Below are positions 47,211 through 54,836 of a stretch of DNA of 64,000 nt, one piece after another. The stretch comes from Acidimicrobiia bacterium. GTDB taxonomy: Bacteria; Actinomycetota; Acidimicrobiia; IMCC26256; PALSA-610. Within the stretch, counting starts at the first letter, position 1. Each line of letters begins with the position of its first letter. The stretch lies in NCBI GenBank assembly GCA_038213435.1, contig JBBQTI010000007.1, positions 16,729-80,728 of the forward strand. The letters run 5' to 3'. The position numbers were made by a program, and so were the translations under genes. Below the pieces are notes generated by a model, which was not told where the DNA came from, did not search any database, and saw only the letters and a list, made by a program, of their open reading frames with translations.

Positions 47211-47400
47211 AAGCGTCGCGGCACGCCGACTCGTGCGATCTCCGAGCAATCCGCACGCGCGTCTCCGCGCATCCAACGATCTTGGCAGAAGTCGCGCAAC
47301 GAGTGGTGGATACCACGCGCGTTGCGTGAGAAATGCTTGACGTATCTAGGTGAATACGTTCTCATAACACGAACACACACGCAGTGCGTGGAGGTCTTAC

Positions 47401-47679
47401 GTGAACAAAGGCGAACTCGTCGACGCGATCGCGACCGACGCGAACATCAGCAAGACGGATGCCGAGAGCGCGCTCAACGCGTTCATCAACAGCGTTCAAT
47501 CCGCGATCACCGCGGGCGAGAAGGTGACGCTCCCGGGTTTTGGGACGTTCTCGCCGGCGTTGCGCAAAGCGCGTACTGGTATGGATCCGCGCACCCGGGC
47601 GCCGGTGCAGATCCCCGAGCGCAAGAGCGCGAAGTTCTCCGTGGGCTCGAAGTTCAAAGCCCAGGTGCAAGGGTCCTGA
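47401..47679 (+). CDS. hup: HU family DNA-binding protein (core domain only)
   Basis: VNKGELVDAIA...GEKVTLPGFGTFS...RTGMDPRTRAPVQIPERKSAKFSVGSKFK. GGAGG lies 7 nt upstream of the GTG. Confidence 0.9.
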   Translation: MNKGELVDAIATDANISKTDAESALNAFINSVQSAITAGEKVTLPGFGTFSPALRKARTGMDPRTRAPVQIPERKSAKFSVGSKFKAQVQGS

Positions 47680-47764
47680 TCGCGTAGGGCGTGGGGTCGC
47701 ACTCCCTCGCGCACCGAATGACCTATGAAGTTCGAACTTCCTCGAGTGAGAGCTCTCAGGAAAG

Positions 47765-48049
47765 GTGGTGACCGTGCCTCCGGCTAAAAAGGCAACGAAG
47801 AGAAGGGCTGCCAAGAAGGCTCCGGCCAAGCGCAAGGCCGCGAAGAAGGCGCCCGCGAAGCGGAAGACGACCAAGCGCAAGGCGGCCAAGAAGACCGTCA
47901 AGCGCAAGGCGGCCAAGAAGAAGGCTCCGGCCAAGCGCAAGGCGGCCAAGAAGAAGGCTCCCGCCAAGAAGCGCCGCAAGGCCGCGAAGAAGGCGCCGGC
48001 GAAGCGTGCCGTGCGTCGCACGACGCGCAAGCGCGCAGCGAAGAAATAG
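47765..48049 (+). CDS. Lys/Ala/Pro-rich histone-H1-like basic repeat protein
   Basis: 94 aa made of AAKKAPAKRK-type repeats. Own SD-like AGGAAAGG upstream. In-frame alternative GTG starts at 47768 and 47774. Confidence 0.65.
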   Translation: MVTVPPAKKATKRRAAKKAPAKRKAAKKAPAKRKTTKRKAAKKTVKRKAAKKKAPAKRKAAKKKAPAKKRRKAAKKAPAKRAVRRTTRKRAAKK

Positions 48050-48066
48050 CAACGCTGCGGACGTCT

Positions 48067-48100
48067 CGAAGAAGGACCCGGGCAACCGGGTCCTTCTTCG
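48067..48100. terminator. 15-bp perfect hairpin with a GCAA tetraloop between convergent genes (I-shaped, no U-tract)
   Basis: CGAAGAAGGACCCGG-GCAA-CCGGGTCCTTCTTCG, read directly from the sequence. Confidence 0.6.
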
Positions 48101-48110
48101 CGTCGCGTTG

Positions 48111-48185
48111 GCGCGGCGCTGTCGTCTCCCTGTTTTCCGGGTCGACTCCACGCTCCGCTCCCGTCGCGCCGCTGTCGTCTCCCTA
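48111..48185 (-). repeat. about 1.4 units of the GGAG-dense stop-codon-abutting repeat
   Basis: The minus strand reads TAGGGAGACGACAGCGGCGCGACGGGAGCGGAGCGTGGAGTCGACCCGGAAAACAGGGAGACGACAGCGCCGCGC. The first TAG (48185-48183) is the stop of the PIG-L deacetylase gene. Confidence 0.85.
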
Positions 48186-48908
48186 GAGATTGTCGATGCG
48201 TGCGAAGGACTCCGCTGCGCGCAGCCCGGCGCGTAACCCAACGGTCCGGGCTTCGGCTCGTAGCTTCGCCGCGAACACCGCGCGCTGCTCGTCGGGTCGC
48301 TCGTCGATCTGCATCGTGGAGCGCCATTGGCTCCGATGCGCGAGCAACGCGTCGATCTTGCGATCGACGTAGCCGTCGACGTTCTCGATGTGATCGACGT
48401 GGCCCGGCTCGAAGCACAGCAGGCTTGCGGGCCGGTGGGGCGCGACGCCTTGCTCGGGAAAGAAGAGCGGGTCGCGCGCGGCGACGATGCCTGCAGTGAC
48501 GAGCAACCCCGCGTGGTAGTGGTCGGGATGGATCCGATACGGCTGCCACGGGTCGTGTCCGAGCACGACGTCGGGGCGAGCCTGGCGGATCACGCGGCAG
48601 ACCGCGGCGCGCGGCGCGAGCGCACTGTCGAGCTCGCCGTCGACGTAGCGCAGGAACACGACGTCGACCGCTCCGAGGATCGCGGCGGCGTCGCGTTGTT
48701 CCTCCTCGCGCTTCGCGATGAGCGCGGCGAGTTCGGTGTCACCGTCCCAGGTTCCCTTGGAACCATCGGTGCACACGCAGATCGTCACGTGCGTGCCGGT
48801 GGCGGCCCATTTTGCGAGCGTCGCACCGCACCCGAACTCGACATCGTCGGCGTGGGCACCGATCGCGAGCGCTCGGCGCGGGACCGGGAGGTCGACCGCG
48901 ATCGTCAT
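48183..48908 (-). CDS. PIG-L (LmbE-like) family deacetylase
   Basis: LAIGAHADDVEFGCGATLAKW and HPDHYHAG metal-binding motifs. Confidence 0.8.
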   Translation of the reverse strand: MTIAVDLPVPRRALAIGAHADDVEFGCGATLAKWAATGTHVTICVCTDGSKGTWDGDTELAALIAKREEEQRDAAAILGAVDVVFLRYVDGELDSALAPRAAVCRVIRQARPDVVLGHDPWQPYRIHPDHYHAGLLVTAGIVAARDPLFFPEQGVAPHRPASLLCFEPGHVDHIENVDGYVDRKIDALLAHRSQWRSTMQIDERPDEQRAVFAAKLRAEARTVGLRAGLRAAESFARIDNL

Positions 48909-49519
48909 TTCGTGGGCGTGGACGCGGCCGTCCGCCGGAGCGCATCGAGCGCGTCGAGATCGGCGGCGGTGTCGACATCGAACGACAACGCGGCGTCGCG
49001 CAAGATCCGAACGGTGAGCGATCGACGGGCCGCCTCGCCGGCGTGGCGCGCCGCCGAATCGGGCCCGTAGGCGAAGGTGAACGGCACGCGGGTGGGAAGC
49101 GAGAGCACCGGAGTCCCGTCATTGCGATGGTCGGGCACGATCACCGCGACGGGTGCGTCGCCGTCGGTGAGGACCGCGTCGAGCGATCGTGCGAGCGGGA
49201 GATCGGCGTGGACGACGGCGTAGCGCGACAGCGCTCGGCTGATCGCCCAGGCCCGGCCGGCCGCGGCGGCGGCGTCGAGCGAACCGGGGTCGTCGACGAT
49301 GTCGTGGCCACGTTTGCGGGCCCACGCGACCACTTCGGTCGAGCTCGAAACCACTGCCACCGGACGAGCGCCGGCCGCGTTCACGACGCACTCCGCCATC
49401 GAACGAGCGAGCGATTCGCGCTCGGATTCCGAGAGCGCCGCGGCGAGCCGCGCCTTGCCCAAGGTGAACGACCGGAGCGGGACGACGATCCCCGCATCGT
49501 CTTGGGATCGACTCGGCAT
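48905..49519 (-). CDS. cofC: 2-phospho-L-lactate / phosphoenolpyruvate guanylyltransferase (F420 biosynthesis)
   Basis: GIVVPLRSFTLGKARL...VVHADLPLA...DHRNDGT pattern. The position next to gpsA/plsC matches mycobacterial fbiD. Confidence 0.75.
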   Translation of the reverse strand: MPSRSQDDAGIVVPLRSFTLGKARLAAALSESERESLARSMAECVVNAAGARPVAVVSSSTEVVAWARKRGHDIVDDPGSLDAAAAAGRAWAISRALSRYAVVHADLPLARSLDAVLTDGDAPVAVIVPDHRNDGTPVLSLPTRVPFTFAYGPDSAARHAGEAARRSLTVRILRDAALSFDVDTAADLDALDALRRTAASTPTK

Positions 49520-49528
49520 TGGCTGCGT

Positions 49529-50245
49529 ATGCTACCGACCGTGGACGCGGTGTATCCCGCCGCGAAGGCGGTGTTCTGGCCCTGGTTGCGCTTCGGCTTG
49601 CGTTGGACGATCGAAGGCGAGTCGAACATCCCTACACACGGCCCGACGATCCTTGCGAGCAACCACGTGTCGTATCTCGACCCGCTCACTCTGGCCTGGG
49701 TGGCCGGTCGGCGCGCGCGCCGTGTCCGCTTCCTCGCCAAGGCGGAGCTCTTCAAGAATCCGGCTCTCGGCCCGCTGTTGCGAGCGGCGCACCAGATCCC
49801 GGTGCGCCGGGGAACGATCGAATCCGCCGGTGCACTCTCCGCAGCAGTCGTTGCTCTGCGGAAGGGCGAATGCGTCGCGGTGTTCCCGGAAGGCACGATC
49901 TCCGAGGATCTGGAACCCATGCGCGGTAAGTCGGGAACCGCCCGGCTTGCGCAGGAATCCGGCGTTGCCGTCGTCCCCGTCGGCCTTTGGGGCACGCACC
50001 GAATGTTGATGAAAGGGCGCAGGCCTCACCTGTTATGGGGCGTCGCGCAGGTCGCGGTTGCCGGCGAGCCGGTGCACGTCGCCGAAGGTGAGCGTGTGCG
50101 GGACGCGACCGTGCGCATCATGGATGCGATCACCGAGTGCGTCGCGCGGGCGCGCGCGATCTACCCGCAACGGCCCGCTCCCGGAGACGACGCGTGGTGG
50201 TGGCGCGATCCGGGAACGGCAACCTCGCACCGGCGGCCCGCGTGA
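49529..50245 (+). CDS. plsC: 1-acyl-sn-glycerol-3-phosphate acyltransferase
   Basis: NHVSYLDP (HX4D block) and VFPEGT block. Confidence 0.85.
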   Translation: MLPTVDAVYPAAKAVFWPWLRFGLRWTIEGESNIPTHGPTILASNHVSYLDPLTLAWVAGRRARRVRFLAKAELFKNPALGPLLRAAHQIPVRRGTIESAGALSAAVVALRKGECVAVFPEGTISEDLEPMRGKSGTARLAQESGVAVVPVGLWGTHRMLMKGRRPHLLWGVAQVAVAGEPVHVAEGERVRDATVRIMDAITECVARARAIYPQRPAPGDDAWWWRDPGTATSHRRPA

Positions 50246-51252
50246 CGCGCGTCGCGGTGATCGGCGCGGGGTCGTGGGGAACTGCGGTCGCGGCGGTCGC
50301 GGCCGGGAACGTGGCGACGACGTTGTGGGCACGTCGGCACGAGCTCGCGGAGCAGATCCGCGACGCGCACGAGAACCCGACATACCTGCCGGGCATCGTG
50401 TTGCCGAGCCGTCTGCACGCGACCGCTTCGCTCGAGGAGGCATGCACCGGTGCCGATGTGCTGGTGCTCGGCGTGCCGTCGCACGGGCTGCGGGCGGTGC
50501 TCGGCGAGGCGCGGCCGTTCATCGGGCCGCGCGTTCCCGTGGTGAGCCTGGCCAAGGGGATCGAGCAGGGGACGCTCGCGCGTATGACGGAGGTCTCGTG
50601 CGAGGTTCTCGCGGGTCACGAGCCCGCGTGCGTGGGCGTGCTCACCGGCCCGAATCTCGCGCGCGAGGTTGCAGCCGGTCAGCCGACGGCGTCGGTCGTG
50701 GCGATGGCGGACACGACGATCGCCCAAGAAATGCAACAACTGTTCTTCGCTCCGTCGTTGCGCGTCTACACGAACCCGGACGTCGTCGGTTGTGAGATGG
50801 CGGGCGCGCTCAAGAACGTGCTCGCCATCGGCGCCGGTATCGCCGACGGCCTCGGGTACGGCGACAACACCAAGGCCGCGCTGATGACACGCGGTCTCGC
50901 CGAGCTGGCGCGGCTGGGCGCCGCGATGGGCGGCGATCCGCTGACGTTCGCCGGGCTCGCGGGTATGGGCGATCTGATCGCGACGTGCAGCAGCCCGCAG
51001 AGCCGGAACCGTCACGTCGGCGTCGAGCTCGGTAAGGGTCGCGCCCTCGACGACATCGTCAACGAGATGAACATGGTCGCGGAGGGCGTGAAGACGACGG
51101 CGGCGGTCCTGGAGCTCGCCGCGCGTCATGGAGTCGAGATGCCGCTCGCGTCGTTCGTCCGCCGCGTGCTCTACGAGGGCGCCCGTCCGGCAGATCTCGT
51201 GCCCGAGCTGATGCTGCGCAAGGCGAAGCCCGAGCTCCACGGGATGCGGTGA
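50242..51252 (+). CDS. gpsA: NAD(P)H-dependent glycerol-3-phosphate dehydrogenase
   Basis: VAVIGAGSWGTAVA, GPNLAREV, ALKNVLAIGAGI, EGVKT. The GTG overlaps the plsC stop. Confidence 0.9.
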   Translation: MTRVAVIGAGSWGTAVAAVAAGNVATTLWARRHELAEQIRDAHENPTYLPGIVLPSRLHATASLEEACTGADVLVLGVPSHGLRAVLGEARPFIGPRVPVVSLAKGIEQGTLARMTEVSCEVLAGHEPACVGVLTGPNLAREVAAGQPTASVVAMADTTIAQEMQQLFFAPSLRVYTNPDVVGCEMAGALKNVLAIGAGIADGLGYGDNTKAALMTRGLAELARLGAAMGGDPLTFAGLAGMGDLIATCSSPQSRNRHVGVELGKGRALDDIVNEMNMVAEGVKTTAAVLELAARHGVEMPLASFVRRVLYEGARPADLVPELMLRKAKPELHGMR

Positions 51253-52352
51253 CGACTCCCGCGATGCTCGGTATCGGCACGCTGGCGACGGGGATCACGG
51301 CCGAGGTCGACGCGCAGGGCACCGTGCAGCAGGGCTCGCGGCGGCTCGGATGGCGCGTACGCAGCGGGAACGAATGGCTGGTGCCGGGTCGCGACCTGCC
51401 GGCGCATCGGACGCGACCGCACGCCGCGCCGATCGCGCACACCGCGGTGCGCGTCTCCGGCGGCGCCGCGATCGAGCGCGTCTACGCAGTTGGCGACGGT
51501 GATCGCGGCGTCGTCGTCGTCGAGATCGAGAACGACTCTCCCGCCGCGATCGCCGTCGCCTTCGTGGTCGACGCGCCGGGTGTGGTCGCGGTCGACGACG
51601 ACGGAGTGCGCGTCGACGGGAAGTCGGCCATCGCGTTCGCGCGCCGTCCCGGCGCGGTCGAAGACGGCGAGCTCCTGGTGTACCCGGTTCCGCACCGGAC
51701 GACGGTGCGGGTCGCGCTCACCGACGCCGCGGTCGACGTGCGCGCGCTCGCCGATGCCGAGGCCATCGTTCGCTCATGGGAACGGGTGCTCGACCGCGGT
51801 CTGCGCACCGAGCTGCCGGAGCAGCTTCAATCCGCGGTCGACGCGGCGCGCGCCGATCTTCTGCTCGCGCCTCCGTCGGCCGAGGCATTCGTCGCACTCG
51901 AGGCGTGGGGCTTCGACGGCGAAGCCATCGACGTGTGGGCCAAACTTCGGATGCGCGCCCGGCGCGCCGCGCGGCGGTCGTCCGCGAGGCGGTCATGCGG
52001 CGACGTGCTCGGCGAGACGCGTGCGGCACTCGTGCGGGAGCAGGGCCGCACGGTCGAGATATTGCCGGGGTTCCGAATCGCATGGCTCGGCGAGCAGCTC
52101 GCGGCGCACGACGTGCCGCTGCGGCGAGGGTTGTGCTCCTTCGCGGTGCGCTGGCATGGAGCGCGCCCCGCGTTGTTGTGGGACGTACCGCCCGGTTCGA
52201 CCGTTAGCGCGCCCGAACTCGACCCCGCCTGGTCATCGGATGAGCCGGTCGGAGAGACCTTGCTGGCCGCCGCGCCCACCTCGTTGTTGTCGATGGGAGA
52301 GCGCGCTCCCCTCTCCGGGACCAGTGTCGACGCGCCGGAACAATTCTCGTGA
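51249..52352 (+). CDS. hypothetical protein
   Basis: 367-aa GC3-rich ORF, translationally coupled (GTGA) to gpsA upstream and to the cyclase gene downstream. No motif recognised. Confidence 0.55.
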   Translation: MTTPAMLGIGTLATGITAEVDAQGTVQQGSRRLGWRVRSGNEWLVPGRDLPAHRTRPHAAPIAHTAVRVSGGAAIERVYAVGDGDRGVVVVEIENDSPAAIAVAFVVDAPGVVAVDDDGVRVDGKSAIAFARRPGAVEDGELLVYPVPHRTTVRVALTDAAVDVRALADAEAIVRSWERVLDRGLRTELPEQLQSAVDAARADLLLAPPSAEAFVALEAWGFDGEAIDVWAKLRMRARRAARRSSARRSCGDVLGETRAALVREQGRTVEILPGFRIAWLGEQLAAHDVPLRRGLCSFAVRWHGARPALLWDVPPGSTVSAPELDPAWSSDEPVGETLLAAAPTSLLSMGERAPLSGTSVDAPEQFS

Positions 52353-53467
52353 CCGAACACCTCGAGGACCTCGTCGCCGCGGGCCTGTACGACCCCGACG
52401 ATCCGGCCGCGGTCGAGCGCCTCGAGCTGTTCGTCTTCCTACTCGACGAGATCGGCGCGTCGATTCCCGAGCTGGTGCAGGCCGACGAGCAGGGAGGGGC
52501 GCTCAGTTTCGCGGCGTTTCGAACGCTGCGGATAGGGCGGGACGGCTTCACATTCGCCGAGGCCGCCGCACGCGCCGAGATCGATCCCGACATCGCGCTC
52601 ACCCTCTGGCGGGGCGCCGGATTCGCCGACCCACGTCCCTTCGAACGCCGCTTCGGTCCCGATGACGTCGAGATGTTCCGCCTGTTCGGACTGCTCGCGA
52701 CGTTCGTGCCGCAGGCGCAGGTGTTGCAGCTGATACGCACGATGGGTGAGGCCGTCGGACGGGTCGCCGAGGCCGAGGTGGCGTTGTTGCGATCGAACAT
52801 CGAGGCACCACTCGCGGAGCAGCGGCAGTACGTCGAGGTCGCGCGCACGTACCAGGCGGTGGCCAACGCGATACTCCCGCGCATCTCCGCGGCGATCGAC
52901 TCGATGCACCGGCACCATCTCCAGGCGATCGGTCGGCGATACAGCGAGGTCGGGGCTCCGACGTCGGCGCTGAACGTCGTGCAGCTCGCCGTGGGCTTCG
53001 CGGACCTCGCCGGCTACACCGGGCTGTGGCACGACCTCGAACCGCTTCATCTCGCGCTGATGCTCGACCGGTTCGAGGCGACGACAGGCGACGTGATCGC
53101 GGGCGCGGGCGCGAACGTCGTCAAGCGGATCGGTGACGCGGTCATGTTCGTGACCAACGCACCCGGCGTCGCGTGCTCGCTGGCGCTCGACCTCCTCGAC
53201 GCGTGCGCGGCCGCAAAATTGCCGAAGCTGCGCGTTGGTCTGGCGTTCGGTGACGTGATGGTGCGCCAAGGCGACTTCTACGGACCGACGGTGAATCTGG
53301 CGGCACGTCTCGTCGCGTCCGCCGAGGCGGGTACTGCACTCACCGACGTCGAGTTACGACAACGACTCGGGCGCGTACGCGGTGGGTATGCGTTCGCGGC
53401 GGCGGGCAAGCAGAATCTCGCCGGTTTCGTCGACCCGGTAGAGACGTACCAACTCCTCCGCGCCTGA
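52349..53467 (+). CDS. class III adenylate/guanylate cyclase domain protein
   Basis: C-terminal FADLAGYT...KRIGDAVMFV...GLAFGDVMVRQGDFYGPTVNLAARL cyclase homology domain. The N-terminal ~190 aa are unassigned. Confidence 0.8.
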   Translation: MTEHLEDLVAAGLYDPDDPAAVERLELFVFLLDEIGASIPELVQADEQGGALSFAAFRTLRIGRDGFTFAEAAARAEIDPDIALTLWRGAGFADPRPFERRFGPDDVEMFRLFGLLATFVPQAQVLQLIRTMGEAVGRVAEAEVALLRSNIEAPLAEQRQYVEVARTYQAVANAILPRISAAIDSMHRHHLQAIGRRYSEVGAPTSALNVVQLAVGFADLAGYTGLWHDLEPLHLALMLDRFEATTGDVIAGAGANVVKRIGDAVMFVTNAPGVACSLALDLLDACAAAKLPKLRVGLAFGDVMVRQGDFYGPTVNLAARLVASAEAGTALTDVELRQRLGRVRGGYAFAAAGKQNLAGFVDPVETYQLLRA

Positions 53468-53707
53468 CCCTCCACCCTGACTCCTCGGCCCTGATGCGCG
53501 TGATGTTGAGGTTTCGAACGGACCTATTCGCGCGCTTTGTCCGACTCAACCGGCGGTGAGGTTTGTCGAGGTTAACGGTGTGGGGGAGACCATCGATCGC
53601 GCCATCCCGGCGCGGAGTTCAGCGGGGCGGGTCCGGATCGGATTCACTCGCCCCGGGCGCGTGATCCGCAGCGTTGCGTTCTGGGTCGTGATCCTGTCGG
53701 TGGCTGC

Positions 53708-54784
53708 GTGCATATCGGCGATACCGGTCTCGCCTCGCCGGAGACGGATTACGCGGGCGCAACCGCGCAGGCAACGAAGATCCAAGAACAGATCGCGTCT
53801 AACAGTCGGCGCGCCGACATGCTCGACGAGCAATACCTGAAAGCCCAACGCGCGGTCACCGTCGCAAACCGCAGGATCACTGCCACGCAGCAGCAGATCT
53901 CCGTCATCGAAGCGCGCGCTCGCCGCTTGCGCGATCGACTCCGGAGCCGAGCCGCGCTGCTCTACATGGGCGCCGGGAACAGCGACCCGATCGGAGTCGA
54001 CGCGGCGAGTGTGCAGGACCTCGGATCGATGGCTCAGTACGCGGCCGCGGCCGCGTCGCGAGACGGGCGTCTCCTCGACGACCTGAAGCGCGCCGACGCT
54101 CAGCTCAACTCGCAACACGACACTCTCGACGGCCAGTTGGCCGCGGCGCAGGATCAGGAGCGAGCCGCGGAGAGCTCGCGCCGGGAGGTCGCGCACATCA
54201 ACGCCACGATGCAGAAGTTGCTCGACTCGACGAGCGCCAACGTCAGGGTCCTCGTCGCCAAGATCGAACAACAGGGCCTGGCAGCGGCCGCGGCAGCCGA
54301 GCGGGCGTGGCTTCAACGGCTCGCCGCACAGCAGGCATCACGCCGAGCCCACGCGCGTGACGGCGACGCGGCGGCACCGATACCCGGCGACGTCGGTGCG
54401 GCCCCCGGCAACCTCCCGGCGCCGACGGTCGGGGCGCTCGCCGCGGTCGCCTACGCCCGAGCACAACTCGGAAAGCCCTACGCCTACGCGGGGGTCGGGC
54501 CCGACGCCTTCGACTGCTCCGGCTTGACGATGATGGCCTGGGCCCAAGGCGGGGTCTCGATGGCGCACGGCTCCCAAGCGCAATACGACGCGTTCCCTCA
54601 TGTGCCGATCGATCAGCTCCAGCCCGGCGATCTCGTGTTCTTCGGAACGTCCGGGCCGACGAACCACCACGTCGGCATCGTCGTGGGACCCGGCATCATG
54701 ATCGACGCACCCCATACCGGCGCATACGTGCAGCTCGTCAGCTACTTCCGACCCGACCTCGTCCTCGTGGGCGGGCGCCCCTGA
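53708..54784 (+). CDS. NlpC/P60 (C40) peptidoglycan endopeptidase with an N-terminal coiled-coil (RipA-like). The 5' end is problematic.
   Basis: Catalytic domain YAYAGVGPDAFDCSGL...HHVGIVVG...IDAPHTG. The long coiled-coil region is Gln/Ala-rich. A lipoprotein-type signal peptide is encoded just upstream in a different frame (see findings). Confidence 0.75.
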   Translation: MHIGDTGLASPETDYAGATAQATKIQEQIASNSRRADMLDEQYLKAQRAVTVANRRITATQQQISVIEARARRLRDRLRSRAALLYMGAGNSDPIGVDAASVQDLGSMAQYAAAAASRDGRLLDDLKRADAQLNSQHDTLDGQLAAAQDQERAAESSRREVAHINATMQKLLDSTSANVRVLVAKIEQQGLAAAAAAERAWLQRLAAQQASRRAHARDGDAAAPIPGDVGAAPGNLPAPTVGALAAVAYARAQLGKPYAYAGVGPDAFDCSGLTMMAWAQGGVSMAHGSQAQYDAFPHVPIDQLQPGDLVFFGTSGPTNHHVGIVVGPGIMIDAPHTGAYVQLVSYFRPDLVLVGGRP

Positions 54785-54836
54785 CGTCGTTCCGACGACG
54801 ACCGGTGCGACCGCCTACGAATGGCCTGCGAAGTGC

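Noticed and set aside
46813-47400. An integrated element (prophage or island) at the tRNA-Glu 3' end.
   Set aside because: There is no integrase-like ORF. I saw no repeat of the tRNA 3' end downstream. The only content is a terminator, a small GC3-rich hypothetical gene and the hup promoter region.
47401-48049. HU and the Lys-rich tail as a single HupB gene broken by a sequencing frameshift.
   Set aside because: The 85-nt gap has stop codons in both the HU frame (47677) and the tail frame (47747). The tail ORF also has its own SD. At least two events would be needed, so they are treated as separate genes, flagged in findings.
53468-53707. ydaO-type (c-di-AMP) riboswitch upstream of the NlpC/P60 hydrolase, as is common in actinobacteria.
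   Set aside because: Only a GGGGAGACCA-like stretch is present. The conserved GGGGUGAAUC and CCGACAGCUAACCUCGUA(A/G)GCG elements are absent on the coding strand. Part of the region instead encodes a signal peptide in another frame.
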